A DNA stretch of 63,995 bases, filler included, from Lenisia limosa (Eukaryota > Protista > Breviatea): the NCBI GenBank assembly GCA_001655205.1. It is 10 parts of 10 records of this genome, joined end to end, with 100 filler letters (N's around TTAATTAATTAA, not from the genome) between each part and the next. Parts side by side here need not be neighbours in the genome. Positions count along the whole stretch, not along the records: positions 61,077 to 63,995 come from LPNZ01004300.1; 9 more parts are not named here. One strand, written 5' to 3'. Numbering within the stretch: position 1 is the first letter of the stretch; each line of letters starts with the position of its first letter. Shown here one piece after another: positions 60,977-63,995 of the stretch. Below the pieces are notes generated by a model. That model was not told the origin of the DNA. It did not search any database and was given only the letters and a program-made list of their open reading frames with translations. A program made the translations under genes and the position numbers.

Positions 60977-61303
60977 NNNNNNNNNNNNNNNNNNNNNNNN
61001 NNNNNNNNNNNNNNNNNNNNTTAATTAATTAANNNNNNNNNNNNNNNNNNNNNNNNNNNNNNNNNNNNNNNNNNNNATAGAAGTTTAGAAAGTGTAGCTG
61101 AATAATAGAAGTTTAGAAAGTGTAGCTGAATAATAGTTTACAATTTATATAGTAACACAATATGAATATCATAGCTTTGTATGGTAGTTGTAGTTTAACA
61201 TTTGATAGTTGAAATTTACACTATGATAGGTGGAACTTACCTCTGTGTAGATGGTTGTAACTTACCTCTGTGTAGCTGACCGAGCTAGTGTAACTTAATA
61301 TGA

Positions 61304-61397
61304 GAGCTTCACTTTCGGTTCCGAAACAGCTGTAAAATATCAATTTTTATCGGATTTATCGATAATTCAGTCTTTCTTGGAAATGAAAGTGAAGCTC
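61304..61397. mobile_element. MITE family B copy (decayed copy near 63598-63660)
   Basis: GAGCTTCACTTT ... AAAGTGAAGCTC inverted termini. Confidence 0.75.
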
Positions 61398-61499
61398 AAG
61401 TTAATATTGTGATAGCTTTGAAGTTTACAGTGTGACAATGTGAGAGTAGATACAACCTTGTTAATATTCATCATTCTTTTACCAATAACTTACCCTGTG

Positions 61500-62730
61500 T
61501 AGATGGTATGTCGGAGAGGCTGCTTTCCTTCCATATGCGTTGTACCAGGTGGGGGGGGTGAGTATAATATAGCTTTCTGTGTGCCTGCCAGTATTCATTC
61601 CATTTCATCTTACACTTTCCCAGTGTCTTACATTACATTCTCACAACACCTTGCATTTCATTACCTAGGGCCTCCCCTTTGCTATGCCAGTACAGTCAGC
61701 GTTGATGACAGGGTGTATACTCGTTATATTTCTTCAATACCTGGGATACTCAAAGTTNNNNNNNNNNNNNNNNNNNNNNNNNNNNNNNNNNNNNNNNNNN
61801 NNNNNNNNNNNNNNNNNNNNNNNNNNNNNNNNNNNNNNNNNNNNTGCCATCCCCCCTTACGCCAATATTCATCGAAATTTCCTTTGTTTCACTTTCAGAT
61901 TATACCGTTCGTGATTAGTACCTTTACGTCAATATTCTTCATCGAAATTTCCTTCATTTTACTCCCCCCCCCCCTGTAGAAAGTACTCCGCTTTATCAGT
62001 CACAATTTGGACTATTTGTGTGTTTACCTTCACTGCCCTTTATATGGCGGCTCTCTACCTGGTTATTGTGGTTTGCTGGGGCTTTGTTTCCTTTCGTCTG
62101 TACTTGGTTGTTGTGGTATTATTAGAGAAGGGGCTGGGGAGAAAGATGTTTTCTACTAACGTGATTAGTCCAAAACACGGATATTGTGCTTTTTCTTTGT
62201 CAATCGTGTCAGGACGCATCACGATATATTAAAGTACTTTTTTGGATACAGCATTGGTGACTTAATATTCAACTAGTCCAACATCTCTGATAAGCGTAAT
62301 GGAATGGACGGTTTCGGCCAGACACTTCCTTATTTCTCATCATAGTATGATACTTACACATAAATATGTAGAGAAATACAAAATAATGGATAAATTTTGA
62401 GTATGAAGAGAAATAAACAAATTATGGATGGATTGTATTCCTATTGACTTGCTCAGGAAACACAAGGAACAAACTTGGCTTTTCTCAAATTTGTTATCGG
62501 TTTGCTGGGAGGAAGGGGTGTGATAGAGGGTATGTGTATCCAACATTATTATTTTTTCGTTCCAGAACTTTTTCGCTTGGTTTTATTTTTTTTCACTTTA
62601 TATCCTTCCAAGATATGGTGTTTTTGGAAATGTCTTTTTGGTTATTTAACAGTACTTGTTTTGATGGGTGTCATTATCATTACGGTCAGAGAAATAGATA
62701 ACTCTGCTCATCTAAAATGTTATCAATAAC
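61500..62730 (+). CDS. Possible multi-exon polytopic membrane protein fragment
   Basis: Hydrophobic open segments GLPFAMPVQSALMTGCILVIFLQYLG, FTFTALYMAALYLVIV, FGYLTVLVLMGVIII; splicing not closed. Confidence 0.25.
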
Positions 62731-63410
62731 CAACTGACATTTGAATCATACCTCATTGTACCGATCTCTGGACATGATGGAGGCAAGGAAGGGCAAGATG
62801 CAGACCAATTTGAAGTGTTCCAAAGATTACGGATATCCGAATGAGGATTCACACCATTGCCAATAGTGATTGCCAACCACCTCTTCAGCAAAGTTTCTCG
62901 CCAACAGAGTTGATTTCTACTATTTCTGTCGCTGCCGTTTTCTTGCGACACGGATTACAATTATATTATGGTAAAAAGCAGGGGAAGAAAAACAACCTCA
63001 AAAACACTAAGAATTAGATCAATGACTGTCTATTCCTACCTCCAATTTAACGAGTTTTCCATTCCACAAAAAGCATCAAACTCGCGTTCCTTGAGAAAGT
63101 CTGTATTTCCGTTTCGAATGATTGATAGCTCTACTGCTTCCTTAGCAGCCTTCGCGCTGACTTTGCCGCCTTGGCTTGACGCCCTTTGGACGTTACTAAT
63201 ATGCCTTCCAGCGAGTCGCTAGTTAACCTGGTCCAAGCAACCCCGGTGAATCTCCAGTAGCAGAGGTACCCTTTACGGATCTGATTTAACCATGACTCAA
63301 CATGAAGCCTCACTCCATCCCATCTCACCTCAAACCACCACCAATAATTCCAGGTGTGAACGAACTGAATGGAATGAATCCTGCGACACTTTCATCACAG
63401 TGGCAAAGGT
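62712..63410 (-). CDS. Possible multi-exon hypothetical gene fragment
   Basis: Open segments AAKEAVELSIIRNGNTDFLKEREFDAFCGMENSLNW|GTAGGA and WRETLLKRWLAITIG..CPEIGTM|GTATGA. Confidence 0.3.
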
Positions 63411-63995
63411 GGCGGAGGTACATGTTATGAAAAGCCTTCTAGAACAAACCGTAACGTAATTGGAAACAAGTTATAGTGATGGACACCCCAGAAAACTCGA
63501 TCAACATCCCCCCCCCCTCACCCATCTTGGATTTGGGGCTCAGTGAAGATTACGTGTAAATCTGGTATACAAACCTGCTTTTAAACAAAAACACTTAGTC
63601 ACTTCGGTTTCGGTAAAATATCGATTTCTATTCAGACGCTATTTCTTGCTTTCACTATTTAGGATTCCTCCCGTCCTCGACAACACTACTTGGCTATGTG
63701 CCTCAAATTATCGAAATTCATAGTGAGAGATGCTTTAGAATACATTTATATATGATTTACTGAGGGGGGGGGGGGTAGTGGAAGGGGACTTTCTCATGCT
63801 CCAAATATCAGTGAAAGAATCAATTAACATTTCCTTTCCACTCAAATTGTCCTTTATTTTAATCAGTTCTCATTTACGCTCTAGAAAGCAAGTCGAACGA
63901 GGGTTACTCCATTGGAATGTGCCTAATTGACCTAATCGGAACGTCTCTCGCTACTACAGCGTTACTGCTTATGTCAACTTGGGATTATGTGGGGG

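Overview
Eukaryotic, intron-rich DNA, most consistent with a flagellated protist (LRRC51 homologue) of probably amorphean affinity; the species cannot be named from this sequence. The window is not contiguous: nine 100-base spacers (44 N + TTAATTAATTAA + 44 N) join ten separate scaffolds, so linkage only holds within each. Genes reconstructed by hand: a DH-PH RhoGEF, a SPRY-like protein, calmodulin, LRRC51, a Rho-family GTPase, a secreted sushi/fibrinogen-like protein, a very large helical-bundle protein, a PKA regulatory subunit, a Siw14-type phosphatase, RNA Pol III subunit C11, an ERp57-like PDI, diacylglycerol kinase, cathepsin B, TECR and a bacterial-type aldehyde dehydrogenase. There are also several hypothetical genes and at least four families of short dispersed repeats. 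The main signal is a class of ultra-short (22-26 nt) introns, five of which start GT but end TTTG instead of AG: four in the PKA regulatory subunit gene and one in the Siw14 gene. Only the TG junctions restore gap-free alignment to the family sequences as I recall them. All family assignments come from recalled motifs, not database searches.
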